The notes under the pieces: model-generated | The model's input: only the letters and a program-made list of their open reading frames with translations | What the model was told of the DNA's origin: nothing | Database searches by the model: none | Shown here: in pieces, positions 1 through 10,299 of the stretch | Layout: each line of letters starts with the position of its first letter | Numbering within the stretch: position 1 is the first letter of the stretch | Translations under genes and position numbers: made by a program | From: Candidatus Methylomirabilota bacterium | GTDB lineage: Bacteria > Methylomirabilota > Methylomirabilia > Methylomirabilales > 2-02-FULL-66-22 | Length of the DNA stretch: 64,000 nucleotides | Reading direction: 5' to 3' | Assembly: GCA_016209735.1 (NCBI GenBank) | Contig: JACQVN010000034.1 | Span: 9,557 to 73,556 of the forward strand

Positions 1-1
1 G

Positions 2-139
2 CGAGCCTTCACGCGACTGCGGGCGCCATTGCGACGGATCGCCGGTTTCGACACCCCGTTCCCCTACGCCTTGGAGGATCACTACCTGCCGAGCAAGGAG
101 CGTGTGCTGGACGTCCTGAGGAAGACCATTGAATTCTGA
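2..139 (+). CDS. 2-oxoacid (branched-chain/pyruvate-type) dehydrogenase E1 beta subunit, C-terminal fragment; 5' end lies off-window
   Basis: Frame 2 reads ...GFDTPFPYALEDHYLPSKERVLDVLRKTIEF followed by TGA at 137-139, a typical E1-beta C-terminus. The E2 gene starts 4 nt downstream. It is absent from the ORF track because no start codon lies in the window. Confidence 0.75.
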   Translation, partial: RAFTRLRAPLRRIAGFDTPFPYALEDHYLPSKERVLDVLRKTIEF

Positions 140-142
140 GGC

Positions 143-1507
143 ATGCCGATGTTCCAGTTCAAACTGCCGGACCTGGGAGAAGGCATCGCGGAAGTCGAAG
201 TGGTGGAGTGGCTCGTGCGGGAGGGCGACGTCGTTCAGGAGGATCAGCCCATCGCGGACGTCCAGACCGACAAGGCCCGGCTGGAAATCTCGTCGCCCAG
301 GGCGGGACGCGTTCACCGGCTCTGCGCCAAGGGAGGGGACATCCTCCCGGTGGGGCAGATCCTGATAGAGATCGACGACGGCGTCGAGTCTGCGGCCGCG
401 CCTGGCACCGCCCGGCCCGAATCGGATACCGGATCCGAGGAAGCCCTGCCCGCGGCTCCCACCGCAGCCGAGGAACCCCGCGGGCCGGCGGCCCCTGCCG
501 GCCCACCCCCCCGAGAACCCTCCCCTCCCCCGGAGCGGTCCATAGATACGAAACAGCCCCCGCGTATGCCGCCCCGTCCCCAGGCCCGTCCGGCGCCCGC
601 CTCGCCGGGACTGCGGAGACCGGCGGAGGCGGTGCCGCCCGTGCGGGAGCTGGCGAAGCAACTGGGGGTTGATATTGAGCAGGTGCCCGGAACGGGTCCG
701 GAAGGAAGGGTCATGCGCCGCGACGTGGAGGCGTTTCATGCGGAGCTTAAGAGGGGCGGCCCCATTCATGCGGCCGTGCGCGCAGCCCCCGAAGAACCGG
801 CGCTCCGGGACGAACCGGACTGGACCCGCCGGCCGCTGCGCGGCGTGCGCCGCCTGATCGCCGAGCGGATGGTGCGATCGAAGAGCATCATTCCGCACTA
901 CACCTTCGTCGAGGAAGTCGATGTGACGGTTCTGGAAGACATGCGCAAGGCGCTGGCGGAGGCCGCCGGGCAGGAGAAGATCTCCCCGCTGGCGTTCATC
1001 GCCCATGCCGCCGTGCGCGTGCTGCCGCGCTTTCCGCAGATGAACGCCTGCCTGGACGAGAAGAGCGGGGAGATGATCTACAAGGCGAAGATCCATCTGG
1101 GGATTGCCGTCGCCACCGACGAAGGTCTGATGGTGCCCGTGATCCGGGACGCGGCGGGACGGAGCGTGGCGGAACTCGCCGCGATGATCCGGGATCTCTC
1201 CGAACGGGCGCGGGCGAACAGACTGGATCCTCCGGCGTTGAAGGGGGCGACATTTGCCGTTACCTCCCTGGGCAAGTTGGGCGGCCTGATGGCCACGCCC
1301 ATCATCCACTATCCGGCATCGGCCATCCTGGGCGTGCACGCCATTCGCACGCTGCCCCGGTACGTGGGCAGCCGGGTGCAGCCGAGGAAGCTCCTGAACC
1401 TGTCCGTGAGCCTGGATCATCGGATTGTGGATGGATTCGAGGGGGCCCGGTTCGTCCAAGAGGTAAAGGCGATTCTGGAGCAGGCCGATTTTCCGGAATT
1501 CAAATGA
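143..1507 (+). CDS. dihydrolipoamide acyltransferase (E2) of a 2-oxoacid dehydrogenase complex, probably branched-chain
   Basis: 454 aa. N-terminal lipoyl domain with lipoyl-lysine motif DVQTDKA, Pro/Ala-rich linker, subunit-binding segment PPVRELAKQLGVDI, and a C-terminal catalytic domain with SLDHRIVDG. Confidence 0.93.
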   Translation: MPMFQFKLPDLGEGIAEVEVVEWLVREGDVVQEDQPIADVQTDKARLEISSPRAGRVHRLCAKGGDILPVGQILIEIDDGVESAAAPGTARPESDTGSEEALPAAPTAAEEPRGPAAPAGPPPREPSPPPERSIDTKQPPRMPPRPQARPAPASPGLRRPAEAVPPVRELAKQLGVDIEQVPGTGPEGRVMRRDVEAFHAELKRGGPIHAAVRAAPEEPALRDEPDWTRRPLRGVRRLIAERMVRSKSIIPHYTFVEEVDVTVLEDMRKALAEAAGQEKISPLAFIAHAAVRVLPRFPQMNACLDEKSGEMIYKAKIHLGIAVATDEGLMVPVIRDAAGRSVAELAAMIRDLSERARANRLDPPALKGATFAVTSLGKLGGLMATPIIHYPASAILGVHAIRTLPRYVGSRVQPRKLLNLSVSLDHRIVDGFEGARFVQEVKAILEQADFPEFK

Positions 1508-1520
1508 GGCGGCGGCAATC

Positions 1521-2147
1521 ATGGACGAAGCGACCTTCAAACAACAGTTGAGCAAAATGCTGGTCAGGCTCAGGGAGGGCAGCGGGTTGACCCGGGCGGC
1601 CGCTGCCGCGGCTGGCGGTGTGCCGGAAGATCGGCTGGAGAGATACGAAAAGGGGCTCGCGCTGCCGGCGGTGGGCGAGCTGATGAACCTGGCCCGGGTG
1701 TTCGACGTGAGCCTGAATCACTTTTTCATGTCCGGGCCGCCGCTCGGCCGGGTCGAGGTGGTCCGGGCCAGTGAACGCTGGAAGGTGAGGCCGCCGACCG
1801 ACACCGCCGCCGCCTTGAATTACAGCTACGAGGCGCTTTCCTACCGCCTGACCGACAAGGTGATGTCGCCCTTCCACATCGAAATCCCGCCGAGCGAAGG
1901 CAAGGAAGTCGAACCGCTGTCCCACGAGGGTGAAGAGTTCCACTTCATTCTCGAAGGCTCGGTGGAGACAACGGTCGGTCTGGAAACCTACCGGCTCTCT
2001 GCCGGGGATGCCATCTATTTCGATTCCCGCCTGCGCCACTCCATCCGGGCGCTGGGGTCTCTGCCGGCGCGCATGCTCGCCTGTCTGGTCAACGTGCGCC
2101 ACCCGTCGAGGGACGACAGCCCGATGCAGCGACAGCGGGGGGGCTGA
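1521..2147 (+). CDS. XRE-family HTH transcriptional regulator with C-terminal cupin domain
   Basis: 208 aa. HTH-like N-terminus (LTRAAAAAAGGVPEDRLERYEKG) and cupin-like C-terminus (HEGEEFHFILEGSVE...GDAIYFDSRLRH). Confidence 0.8.
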   Translation: MDEATFKQQLSKMLVRLREGSGLTRAAAAAAGGVPEDRLERYEKGLALPAVGELMNLARVFDVSLNHFFMSGPPLGRVEVVRASERWKVRPPTDTAAALNYSYEALSYRLTDKVMSPFHIEIPPSEGKEVEPLSHEGEEFHFILEGSVETTVGLETYRLSAGDAIYFDSRLRHSIRALGSLPARMLACLVNVRHPSRDDSPMQRQRGG

Positions 2148-2167
2148 TCCTGGAGGGTTCCGCACGC

Positions 2168-3346
2168 ATGTCTGACCGCAACGTCGTGATTGCCAGCGCC
2201 TGCCGTACCCCCATCGGCTCCCTGAACGGGTCGCTGTCCAGGCTGAGCGCGCCCCAGTTGGGGGCTGTTGCCGTCCGGGAGGCCCTCTCCCGGGCGGGCG
2301 TGGCGGCAGACAAGGTGAGCGAGGTCATCCTGGGCGAGGTCCTGACGGCGGGTGTGGGGCAGGGGCCGGCGCGTCAGGCGGCCCTGGGGGCCGGGATCCC
2401 GGATTCCGTTCCCTGCACGACGATCAACAAGGTCTGCGGCTCCGGCCTGAAGTCCGTGATGCTGGCCGCGCAGGCCATCCGGACAGGCGATGCCGATATC
2501 GTGGTGGCCGGCGGCATGGAGAGCATGTCGAACGCGCCGTACCTGCTGGACAAAGCCCGTTCCGGCTATCGCCTGGGACACGGGGTCCTGACGGACAGTC
2601 TCCTCAAGGACGGTCTGTGGGACGTCTACAACAATTTTCACATGGGCGACGCCGCCGAACTCTGCGCTCGGGAATGTCGGATTCCCCGCGAAGCCCAGGA
2701 CGCATTCGCCGTCCAGTCCTACCGGAAGGCGCAGGCGGCGCAGGAGCAGGGACACTTCAAGGATGAGATCGTTCCGGTCACGGTGGAAGGCCGTAGGGGT
2801 GCGGTGGTGGTCTCCGAAGACGAAGAGCCCCGCCGGGCCGATTTCGACCGCATCCCCCTCCTGAAGCCGGTATTTCGGAGCGACGGCACCGTGACCGCGG
2901 CGAATGCGTCTTCGCTCAGCGACGGCGCGGCCGCCTGCGTGGTCATGTCCGAGGCCTGCGCCAGGAAACTGGACATCGCGCCGCTGGCCAGAGTCGTGGC
3001 GCAGGCCTCGGCGGCGGGGGCGCCTGAATGGTTCACGCTGGCCCCCGCGAAAGCGATTCCCGCGGTGCTGAAGAAGGCGTCGCTGGCCCTGAGCGATATC
3101 GACCTGCTCGAGGTCAACGAAGCCTTTGCCGTCGTGAATCTGGCCGTGGCGCAGGAGCTGGGCCTGGACCCGGCCAGGTTGAACGTGCACGGCGGCGCGG
3201 TGGCCTTGGGGCACCCCATCGGCGCCAGCGGCGCGCGGATCCTGGTGACCCTGCTGCACGCCATGAGGCGCTACGGCAGGACGCGGGGACTGGCGACGCT
3301 TTGCATCGGTGGCGGCGAAGCCTCGGCGCTGGTCGTGGAGCGCTGA
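2168..3346 (+). CDS. acetyl-CoA C-acetyltransferase (thiolase II)
   Basis: 392 aa. Thiolase motifs NKVCGSGLKSV, NEAFA, GHPIGASGAR and CIGGGEA. Confidence 0.95.
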   Translation: MSDRNVVIASACRTPIGSLNGSLSRLSAPQLGAVAVREALSRAGVAADKVSEVILGEVLTAGVGQGPARQAALGAGIPDSVPCTTINKVCGSGLKSVMLAAQAIRTGDADIVVAGGMESMSNAPYLLDKARSGYRLGHGVLTDSLLKDGLWDVYNNFHMGDAAELCARECRIPREAQDAFAVQSYRKAQAAQEQGHFKDEIVPVTVEGRRGAVVVSEDEEPRRADFDRIPLLKPVFRSDGTVTAANASSLSDGAAACVVMSEACARKLDIAPLARVVAQASAAGAPEWFTLAPAKAIPAVLKKASLALSDIDLLEVNEAFAVVNLAVAQELGLDPARLNVHGGAVALGHPIGASGARILVTLLHAMRRYGRTRGLATLCIGGGEASALVVER

Positions 3347-3454
3347 GAGGCCGTGAAAGGAGTCCCGCGATAATCCGCGGCGCGGCGGTTCGCATACTTG
3401 GTGCTCTGGGTCGAAAATCACGGTGAGGTATTCACTGGCCGCTGCCGTTCGCAC

Positions 3455-3482
3455 GTAGGGGCGACGCATGCGTCGCCCCTAC
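3455..3482. repeat. perfect 28-nt palindrome GTAGGGGCGACGCATGCGTCGCCCCTAC, followed by a nested hairpin at about 3497-3541
   Basis: Read directly. It belongs to the same GTAGGGGCG...CGCCCCTAC-type hairpin family seen at 12771, 19232, 29005 and 53860. It lies in the intergenic region 3' of the thiolase gene. Confidence 0.8.
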
Positions 3483-3601
3483 CTGTCGCGGTGTGAACGT
3501 TCGTGGTTCGATCCCGCCTGGGCGGGACTCACCACGAACGGGTGAGAGATGTCACCGTATTTATGTGCACCAGTACTTAGACGAATGGGGCAAGAACTTC
3601 C

Positions 3602-4981
3602 ATGGACGTCGACTCTCGCTTTGAACGGGTCACGGTGATGGGCGCGGCCGGGAAGATGGGGTGCGGCATCTCCTGGCTGCTGGCCCGGGAAATGGCGCGT
3701 CTGAAGAACCGTCCGGAACACCGGGGGAAGACCTATCGGCTGACCCTCATCGATGTCCGGCAGGAGGGGGCGAAGGAGCTCCTGGGATACCTCGAGACCC
3801 AGTCGGCCAGGCAGGCGAGCCGGAACATCGCGGCCCTGCGGTCCCTGTACCGGGGGCACCAGGGCGTCACGACGGACGAGCAGGTCGCCCGGGCCTTCGT
3901 GGCCGATACCCTCTCCGTCATCCGCACGGGGACGGATTGTCGTGAGGCCCGGGGCTCGCGGCTTCTGTTTGAGGCTGTCCCGGAGACGGAACGGCTGAAG
4001 ATCGAGACGCTTCGACGGCTCAAGGAGACGTGCCCCGAAGACGCCTTCTTCCTGTCCAACACGTCCTCCATTCCGATCCAGTTCCTGGATCGCGAAGCCG
4101 GCCTCGAAGGGCGCATCGCCGGGTTCCACTTCTACAACCCCCCGGTCGTGCAGGAGCTGGTCGAAGTGATTTCGGCCCGGACCACCCGCCCGGAACTTGC
4201 CGAGCTGGCCCGGGAAATCGGCCGGCGGCTCGGCAAGCGGCTGGTGCCCTCGCGGGATATCGCCGGCTTTATCGGCAACGGCCACTTCATCCGCGACGCG
4301 CTCCACGCCGTGCGCGAAGCGGAGCGGCTGGGCGACCGCTTCGACGAGTGGGAAGCGATCTACGCCCTGAACCGCGTCAGCCGGGAGGGCCTGCTCCGTC
4401 CGATGGGGATTTTCCAGCTCATGGACTATGTGGGGATCGACGTGTTTTCGTCGATCCTCTCGGTGATGACCAGGCATATCGAGGGAGAAGCGTTCGGAGC
4501 CGATCTGATCGACCGGATGGTCTTGAAGGGGGTGCTGGGCGGCCAGCGGCCCGACGGATCGCAAAAAGACGGGTTCTTCCGATACGAAGGGCGCCAGCCC
4601 GTCTCTGTCTACGCCCTGGACCGGGAGGGCTACGTGCCCCTCCAGGCCCTGGACCGGGTCGACCGCGCGCTGGGACCGCTGGCCGGGGTCGAGTGGAAAG
4701 AGGTGCGGGGGGGGCCGGACCGCGCCCGCACGCTCGGAGAGCATTTTGCGCGCCTGGCCTCCATGGATACCCTGGGGGCCCGGCTGACCATCGCCTACTT
4801 GCAGGCGTCCCGGCGCATAGGGGAAACGCTCGTGGCGCACGGCATCGCCGAATCGCCGGAGGACGTCAACACGGTTCTGACGAGCGGCTTCCACCATCTC
4901 TACGGTCCGTTCAACGCGTATGTGCAACTGCCCCAAGCTCTGAGTCCGGGGTCGGGCACGGGGCCTGGGACCTGGATCTGA
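3602..4981 (+). CDS. 3-hydroxyacyl-CoA dehydrogenase family protein (long form)
   Basis: 459 aa. Rossmann start VTVMGAAGKMG, the 3HCDH-type segment FHFYNPPVVQELVEVI, and an additional C-terminal domain. Confidence 0.85.
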   Translation: MDVDSRFERVTVMGAAGKMGCGISWLLAREMARLKNRPEHRGKTYRLTLIDVRQEGAKELLGYLETQSARQASRNIAALRSLYRGHQGVTTDEQVARAFVADTLSVIRTGTDCREARGSRLLFEAVPETERLKIETLRRLKETCPEDAFFLSNTSSIPIQFLDREAGLEGRIAGFHFYNPPVVQELVEVISARTTRPELAELAREIGRRLGKRLVPSRDIAGFIGNGHFIRDALHAVREAERLGDRFDEWEAIYALNRVSREGLLRPMGIFQLMDYVGIDVFSSILSVMTRHIEGEAFGADLIDRMVLKGVLGGQRPDGSQKDGFFRYEGRQPVSVYALDREGYVPLQALDRVDRALGPLAGVEWKEVRGGPDRARTLGEHFARLASMDTLGARLTIAYLQASRRIGETLVAHGIAESPEDVNTVLTSGFHHLYGPFNAYVQLPQALSPGSGTGPGTWI

Positions 4982-5000
4982 GGCAGCACGAGACGGCCCC

Positions 5001-6359
5001 ATGATCACGTTTGGAGAAGGAAACCTTCGGATTCCCCGGTTCGGGAAGCCGGTGTATATCGTCGCGGGCGGGATGACGGACTTCCGGAAGACCTACCCGG
5101 AGAAAGCCACGGAAGAGCTCGCCGCGGAAGCCCTCAACATGGCGAGCCTCGAAAACGACCTCAAGGTTTCGATGCCAGAGTTCAAACGGTTGGTCAACTT
5201 CTGCGTCTATTCGCAGTTTGCCGACCATTTCGGCGACCAGCTCCTGGCCGCTGCCCGCGTGCACGACGCCCTGGGCTTCGACCCGCTGGGGAACTTCGAG
5301 GTGAAGACCGGCGGGGCCACGGGCGGCCACGCCGTCCTGGCCGGCGCCATGGCCGTGGCCTCGGGGTATGCGGACGTGGTGCCGGTGGTCGGCTGGGAGC
5401 GCATGGACGAGGTGTCCACCCGACAGGGGAACTCCTACATCGCCTCGGCCGCCTGCAAGAATTTTGAATCCGAACTGGGCTGGATGTACGCCAGCTATTA
5501 TGCCCTGATGGCCCAGCGATATCTGTACGAGAACCAGGTGCCCAGGGAAACGCTGGCGAAGATCACGGTCAAGAACCACCGCTACGCCTGCTCATCGCCT
5601 TTCTCCCAGAATCCGATGAAGCTCACGGAGCAGGAGGTGCTGGAGAACAAGATGGTCTCCGATCCCCTGAGCTTTCTGGAGTGCTGCCTGATGAGCACGG
5701 GGGCGGCCGCCCTGGTGCTGGCCGATGAAGCCATGGCCTTCAAGCTGACGGATCGGCCGGTGCGGCTGGCCGCGATCTGCTCCGGCACCCACACCCTGCG
5801 CACGGCGGACCGGCGGCCGATGGCAGTGCTGCGTCTGCCTCACGAGCCCGAAAATCTGTACCGGGACCGCAAGTGGGACTGGCCGGGGTTCAGCGCATTC
5901 TTGGCCACGCGCATGGCGGCGTACCTGGCCTACCAGATGGCCGGCATCGGGAACCCCCTCGAGGAGCTGGACCTGCTGGAGACCCACGACGCCTTCACCA
6001 TCAGCGACATTCAAACCTACGAGGATATCGGCCTGCGGCCGTACGGACGGGGGCGGGAATTCATCGAGAGCGGAGAGGCCTACCTGGGCGGCAAGCTGCC
6101 GACCAACCTGTCCGGCGGACTGCTGGGGGCCATGCACGCCGTGGGTGCCACCGGCATCTTTCAGATCGTCGAGGTCCTGTGGCAGCTTCAAGACAAGTGG
6201 GCCAAGTTTCACGCGGATCCGAAGATGTGGGAGCGCTTCGGCAAGGTCATGCCGGGCGATATCGAGAACCTTCAGGTGCCAAATGCCAGGCGCGGCGCCG
6301 CCATCAGCCACGCCGGGACCGGCAGCCACGTGACCATGGCGATTCTGGAGCGAGCCTGA
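5001..6359 (+). CDS. thiolase-like protein (SCP-x / archaeal-type acetyl-CoA acetyltransferase)
   Basis: 452 aa of the thiolase superfamily. It sits immediately upstream (10-nt gap) of a DUF35 OB-fold gene, the characteristic pairing for this subfamily. Confidence 0.8.
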   Translation: MITFGEGNLRIPRFGKPVYIVAGGMTDFRKTYPEKATEELAAEALNMASLENDLKVSMPEFKRLVNFCVYSQFADHFGDQLLAAARVHDALGFDPLGNFEVKTGGATGGHAVLAGAMAVASGYADVVPVVGWERMDEVSTRQGNSYIASAACKNFESELGWMYASYYALMAQRYLYENQVPRETLAKITVKNHRYACSSPFSQNPMKLTEQEVLENKMVSDPLSFLECCLMSTGAAALVLADEAMAFKLTDRPVRLAAICSGTHTLRTADRRPMAVLRLPHEPENLYRDRKWDWPGFSAFLATRMAAYLAYQMAGIGNPLEELDLLETHDAFTISDIQTYEDIGLRPYGRGREFIESGEAYLGGKLPTNLSGGLLGAMHAVGATGIFQIVEVLWQLQDKWAKFHADPKMWERFGKVMPGDIENLQVPNARRGAAISHAGTGSHVTMAILERA

Positions 6360-6368
6360 GGAGGCTCC

Positions 6369-6842
6369 ATGTCCGTCGAACTGGTCGCTCCGGGGTGCGA
6401 GGTGTTGAACCTCTCCCCCCTGGTCATCGAGAATGTGAAGGATTACTTTCACGTCCACACCTACGGCGGTCTCACCAGATTCTTCGAGGGGCTGCGCGCC
6501 TCGAGGCTGCTCGGCACGCGGTGCACGAATCGCGCCTGCGAGGAACACCGGATCTGGCTGCCGCCGCGCGCCTATTGCCCGGACTGCCTGCGGCCCATGG
6601 AATGGGTCGAAGCGCCGCAGAGGGGCGAGATCTTTACGCATACCACCGTGGAGTATCCGGGCAGCAACTTCAAGCTCTCCACGCCGTGTCCGCTGATTTC
6701 GGTGTCTCTGGAGGGGGTCTGCACCAAGATGATGTCCTACCTGAAGGACGGCAGGCCGGAGATCGGCATGAAGATCCGGGCGTGGTTTCGGACCGAGAAT
6801 CCGACCCATACGATCCTCGACCTCGCCTGGGTGCCGGCGTGA
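6369..6842 (+). CDS. DUF35 OB-fold / zinc-ribbon protein (thiolase partner)
   Basis: 157 aa. Cys pairs CTNRAC...CPDC are followed by an OB-fold-like region. Gene order with the preceding thiolase-like gene supports the call. Confidence 0.8.
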   Translation: MSVELVAPGCEVLNLSPLVIENVKDYFHVHTYGGLTRFFEGLRASRLLGTRCTNRACEEHRIWLPPRAYCPDCLRPMEWVEAPQRGEIFTHTTVEYPGSNFKLSTPCPLISVSLEGVCTKMMSYLKDGRPEIGMKIRAWFRTENPTHTILDLAWVPA

Positions 6843-6972
6843 ATGGAGCGTGGAACAGGGGAGGACAGGATGGGCAGTATGGAACGACAGACAACGGAGA
6901 AGGGGAGATCGGTCCGCCTCGCCCCTCGCGATCCCGTCGATCCTGCCTCTCCCGGTTCATGCGGGTAAGACC

Positions 6973-9900
6973 ATGACGGGTCACATCGCATACACGCCGC
7001 GCCACCAGGTCCGGTTCGTCACGGCGACCGCGCTGTTCGACGGCCACGATGCCTCCATCAACATCATCCGCCGCCTGCTCCAGCGCGCCGGGGCCGAGGT
7101 CGTCCACCTGGGCCACAATCGCTCGGGGACCGAGATTGTCGATGCGGCGATCCAGGAAGACGTCCAAGCCATCGCCGTCAGCTCCTACCAGGGGGGACAT
7201 AACGAATTCTTCCGCTATCTGGTGGATCTGCTGCGCGAGCGAGACGCGTCGCACATCCAGCTCTTCGGGGGGGGCGGCGGCGTGATCGTGCCCGGCGAAA
7301 TCCGGGAGCTGGAAGCCTACGGCGTGACCAAGATCTATTCGCCGGAGGACGGCCGCCGCCTGGGCCTCCAGGGCATCATCCGCCACATGCTGGAACGCGC
7401 AGACGCATTCCTCCCGCCTGTCAGCCCGGACGGCGACCTCTCCGGTCTCGGCACCCGGAGCGTCCGCCAGATCGCTCGCTTGATCACGCAGGCGGAAGGG
7501 CAGGTCGATGGGCCTGCCCCTGCCCGCGGCCTCTCGCCGACGGTGCTGGAGGCCCTCGCGCGCCGGGCCGCCGACCGCCGCTCTGCCGTCATCGGCATGA
7601 CGGGGACCGGGGGGGCGGGCAAGAGCTCGCTGGCCGACGAGCTCATCCGGCGGCTGCTGGGGGACTTCCCGGAGATTCACCTCGGGGTCCTTTCCGTCGA
7701 TCCGAGCAAGCGCAAGACCGGCGGCGCCCTGCTGGGGGATCGGATTCGTCTGAATGCGATACAGTCCCCCCGGGTCTACATGCGGTCCCTGGCCACCCGG
7801 CGCTCGGAGTCCGAGCTGCCGGAGGCCATGCGCCAGGCCATTCAGATCTTGCGGGCCGCCGGCTTTGACCTGATCTTCGTCGAGACGAGCGGCATCGGGC
7901 AGGGGGACTCGGCGGTCCTCGACGTCTCGGATGTGAGCCTCTACGTCATGACCCCCGACTACGGCGCCGCCTCCCAGCTCGAAAAGATCGACATGCTGGA
8001 CCTCGCCGACCTGGTGGCTGTCAACAAGTTCGACCGGCGGGGCGGTGAGGACGCCTTGCGCGCCGTGCGCAAGCAGATCCGGCGGAACCGGGATATTTCG
8101 TATGGCGTCCCGGACGTGGAGCTCCCGGTCTTCGGCACCATCGCCAGCCAGTTTGGCGACGTGGGGGTGACGGCCCTCTACCTCAGCTTGCTGGGACGCC
8201 TGGAGAGACTCCTCGGCGCGTCCCTCCGGTCCTCGCTCCAGGTGCCCGCGGGCGCCGTGGCCGGCGAGCGGCACCCCATCATCCCGGAGATGCGCTCCCG
8301 CTATCTCGGTGAGATCGCGGAGACGGCCCGCGCCCGGCGCGCCTGGGTGGAACGTCAGGTGTCGGTCGCCCGCCGGCTGTACCGGCTCGACGGCGCCGCC
8401 CGGGAGTGCGAGGAGCCTGCGATCCGGCAAGCCATCCAGAGCCGCTTCGAGGCGCTCCGTCAGGATCTGGACCCCGAGTGCTGGCAGCTCATCCAGGACT
8501 GGGGGAAACTCCAGCAGGCGTATGCGGGCGACAGCTTCGGCTTCGAGGTTCGGGGGCGCCAGGTTTCGGCCCAGACCACGACCCGAACCCTCTCCGGCAC
8601 CCGCATCCCCCGCGTGGCCCTGCCGCGGTTCGAGGACTGGGGCGAGATTCTCAGGTTCCGGCTGAACGAAAACGTGCCCGGCGCCTATCCCTACACGGCG
8701 GGGGTCTATCCCTTCAAGCGGAGCGAGGAAGAGCCTCGCCGCCAGTTTGCAGGCGAAGGGGGGCCCCAGCGCACCAACCGGCGGTTCCACTACCTGTGCC
8801 GGAATGACAGGGCAAAACGCCTTTCCACCGCCTTCGACAGCGTGACCCTGTACGGCGAGGAGCCGGACGAGCGGCCCGACATCTACGGAAAGATCGGCGA
8901 GGGGGGGGTCTCCGTCGCCACCCTGGATGACATGAGGACGCTTTTCGCCGGCTTCGACCTGACGGACCCCCTGACCAGTGTCTCCATGACCATCAACGGG
9001 CCGGCCCCGACCATACTCGCCATGTTCTTCAACACCGCCATAGACCAGGAGGCGAAGAAGTTCGAGGGGGCGCACGGTCGAGCGCCCGACCGCGAGGAGC
9101 GAGAGCGCATCCAACACGAGACGCTACGGGTGGTCAGGGGCACCGTGCAGGCGGACATTCTGAAGGAGGATCAGGCGCAGAACGAGTGCATCTTCTCGAC
9201 CGAGTTTGCCCTCCGGATGATGGGGGACGTGCAGCAGTACTTCATCGATCGGCGGATCCGGAACTTCTACTCGGTGTCCGTCTCGGGCTACCACATCGCC
9301 GAGGCCGGGGCCAATCCCATCACCCAGCTCGCCTTCACGCTCGCCAACGGATTCACCTATGTGGAGTACTACCTGGCCCGCGGGATGCCTATCGATGGTT
9401 TCGCGCCCCATCTCTCTTTCTTCTTCAGCAACGGCCTCGACCCGGAGTACTCGGTGCTGGGACGCGCCGCGCGGCGGCTCTGGGCCAGGGTGTTGAAGGA
9501 GCGGTACGGCGCCAACGAGCGCAGCCAGAAGTTCAAGTACCACATCCAGACCTCCGGCCGCTCGCTCCACGCCATGGAGATTCAGCTCAACGACGTCCGG
9601 ACCACATTGCAGGCCCTCACGGCCATGTATGACCAGTGCAACTCGCTCCATACCAACGCCTATGACGAGGCCATCACCACCCCCACCGCCGAGTCGGTGC
9701 GCCGGGCGGTGGCGATTCAGCAGATCATCGATCGCGAGTTCGGGATGACCAGGAACGAGAACCCGCTGCAGGGCTCCTATTTCATCTCGGAGCTGACCGA
9801 CCTGGTGGAAGAGGCGGTGCTGGCGGAATTCGACCGCCTGAACGCGCGCGGGGGCGTGCTGGGAGCCATGGAGCTTCAGTACCAGCGGAGCCGGATCCAG

Positions 9901-10242
9901 GAGGAGTCCCTCCTGTACGAGCGCAAGAAGGACAGCGGAGAGCTGCCCATCATCGGTGTCAATACCTTTCTGGACCCGGATGCCCCGGAGGGGCCGGGAG
10001 TCGAAAAAGCGGCGCTCAGCCGCGCCACGCCCGAGGAGAAACGGGCGCAAATCGAGGGGCTGCGCGCCTTTCAGAGACGGCATCAGGCGGAAGCGCCGGA
10101 AGCGCTCGAGCGTCTGAAGAGGGCCGCGCGGGCCGGCGGCAACATCTTCGCCGAGCTGATGGATACGGTCCGCGCCGCCAGCCTCGGCCAGATCACCCAC
10201 GCCCTGTACGAGGTGGGGGGTCAATACCGGCGTGCCATGTAA
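6973..10242 (+). CDS. icmF: fused isobutyryl-CoA mutase (B12-binding domain + MeaB-like GTPase + mutase catalytic domain)
   Basis: The track ORF is 6850-10242; I start it at ATG 6973 (MTGHIAYTPRHQVRF). B12-binding FDGHDASINIIRR, P-loop GTGGAGKSSL with NKFD, then a methylmalonyl-CoA-mutase-like barrel (YPYTAGVYPFKR...). Confidence 0.9.
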   Translation: MTGHIAYTPRHQVRFVTATALFDGHDASINIIRRLLQRAGAEVVHLGHNRSGTEIVDAAIQEDVQAIAVSSYQGGHNEFFRYLVDLLRERDASHIQLFGGGGGVIVPGEIRELEAYGVTKIYSPEDGRRLGLQGIIRHMLERADAFLPPVSPDGDLSGLGTRSVRQIARLITQAEGQVDGPAPARGLSPTVLEALARRAADRRSAVIGMTGTGGAGKSSLADELIRRLLGDFPEIHLGVLSVDPSKRKTGGALLGDRIRLNAIQSPRVYMRSLATRRSESELPEAMRQAIQILRAAGFDLIFVETSGIGQGDSAVLDVSDVSLYVMTPDYGAASQLEKIDMLDLADLVAVNKFDRRGGEDALRAVRKQIRRNRDISYGVPDVELPVFGTIASQFGDVGVTALYLSLLGRLERLLGASLRSSLQVPAGAVAGERHPIIPEMRSRYLGEIAETARARRAWVERQVSVARRLYRLDGAARECEEPAIRQAIQSRFEALRQDLDPECWQLIQDWGKLQQAYAGDSFGFEVRGRQVSAQTTTRTLSGTRIPRVALPRFEDWGEILRFRLNENVPGAYPYTAGVYPFKRSEEEPRRQFAGEGGPQRTNRRFHYLCRNDRAKRLSTAFDSVTLYGEEPDERPDIYGKIGEGGVSVATLDDMRTLFAGFDLTDPLTSVSMTINGPAPTILAMFFNTAIDQEAKKFEGAHGRAPDREERERIQHETLRVVRGTVQADILKEDQAQNECIFSTEFALRMMGDVQQYFIDRRIRNFYSVSVSGYHIAEAGANPITQLAFTLANGFTYVEYYLARGMPIDGFAPHLSFFFSNGLDPEYSVLGRAARRLWARVLKERYGANERSQKFKYHIQTSGRSLHAMEIQLNDVRTTLQALTAMYDQCNSLHTNAYDEAITTPTAESVRRAVAIQQIIDREFGMTRNENPLQGSYFISELTDLVEEAVLAEFDRLNARGGVLGAMELQYQRSRIQEESLLYERKKDSGELPIIGVNTFLDPDAPEGPGVEKAALSRATPEEKRAQIEGLRAFQRRHQAEAPEALERLKRAARAGGNIFAELMDTVRAASLGQITHALYEVGGQYRRAM

Positions 10243-10269
10243 GTTTTTGCGCTTCGGGCGCAAAAACTT
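10241..10269. repeat. solo hairpin AAGTTTTTGCGC-TTCGG-GCGCAAAAACTT (same core as the type-A terminal hairpin)
   Basis: Read directly. It overlaps the icmF TAA stop codon (10240-10242). Confidence 0.85.
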
Positions 10270-10299
10270 GAGTGGGAGATCATTCACGAGGTCCCGACT

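Noticed and set aside
3497-3541. tRNA-like fragment (GGTTCGATCCCGCC resembles a T-arm).
   Set aside because: The flanks do not form a T-stem, acceptor stem or anticodon arm. The region is simply a nested hairpin (CGTTCGTGGT...ACCACGAACG around TCCCGCC-TG-GGCGGGA), related to motifs inside the type-B repeats.
6850-6972. ORF-track N-terminal extensions (icmF from 6850, panE from 16773, DUF169 from 54112, gltB from 57813, purH from 43192, ArnT-like from 39586, JAMM from 46013, LysR from 57876).
   Set aside because: The extensions run through repeat hairpins or neighbouring genes and have non-coding-like composition. Internal ATG/GTG codons with Shine-Dalgarno-like sequences coincide with the start of family homology.
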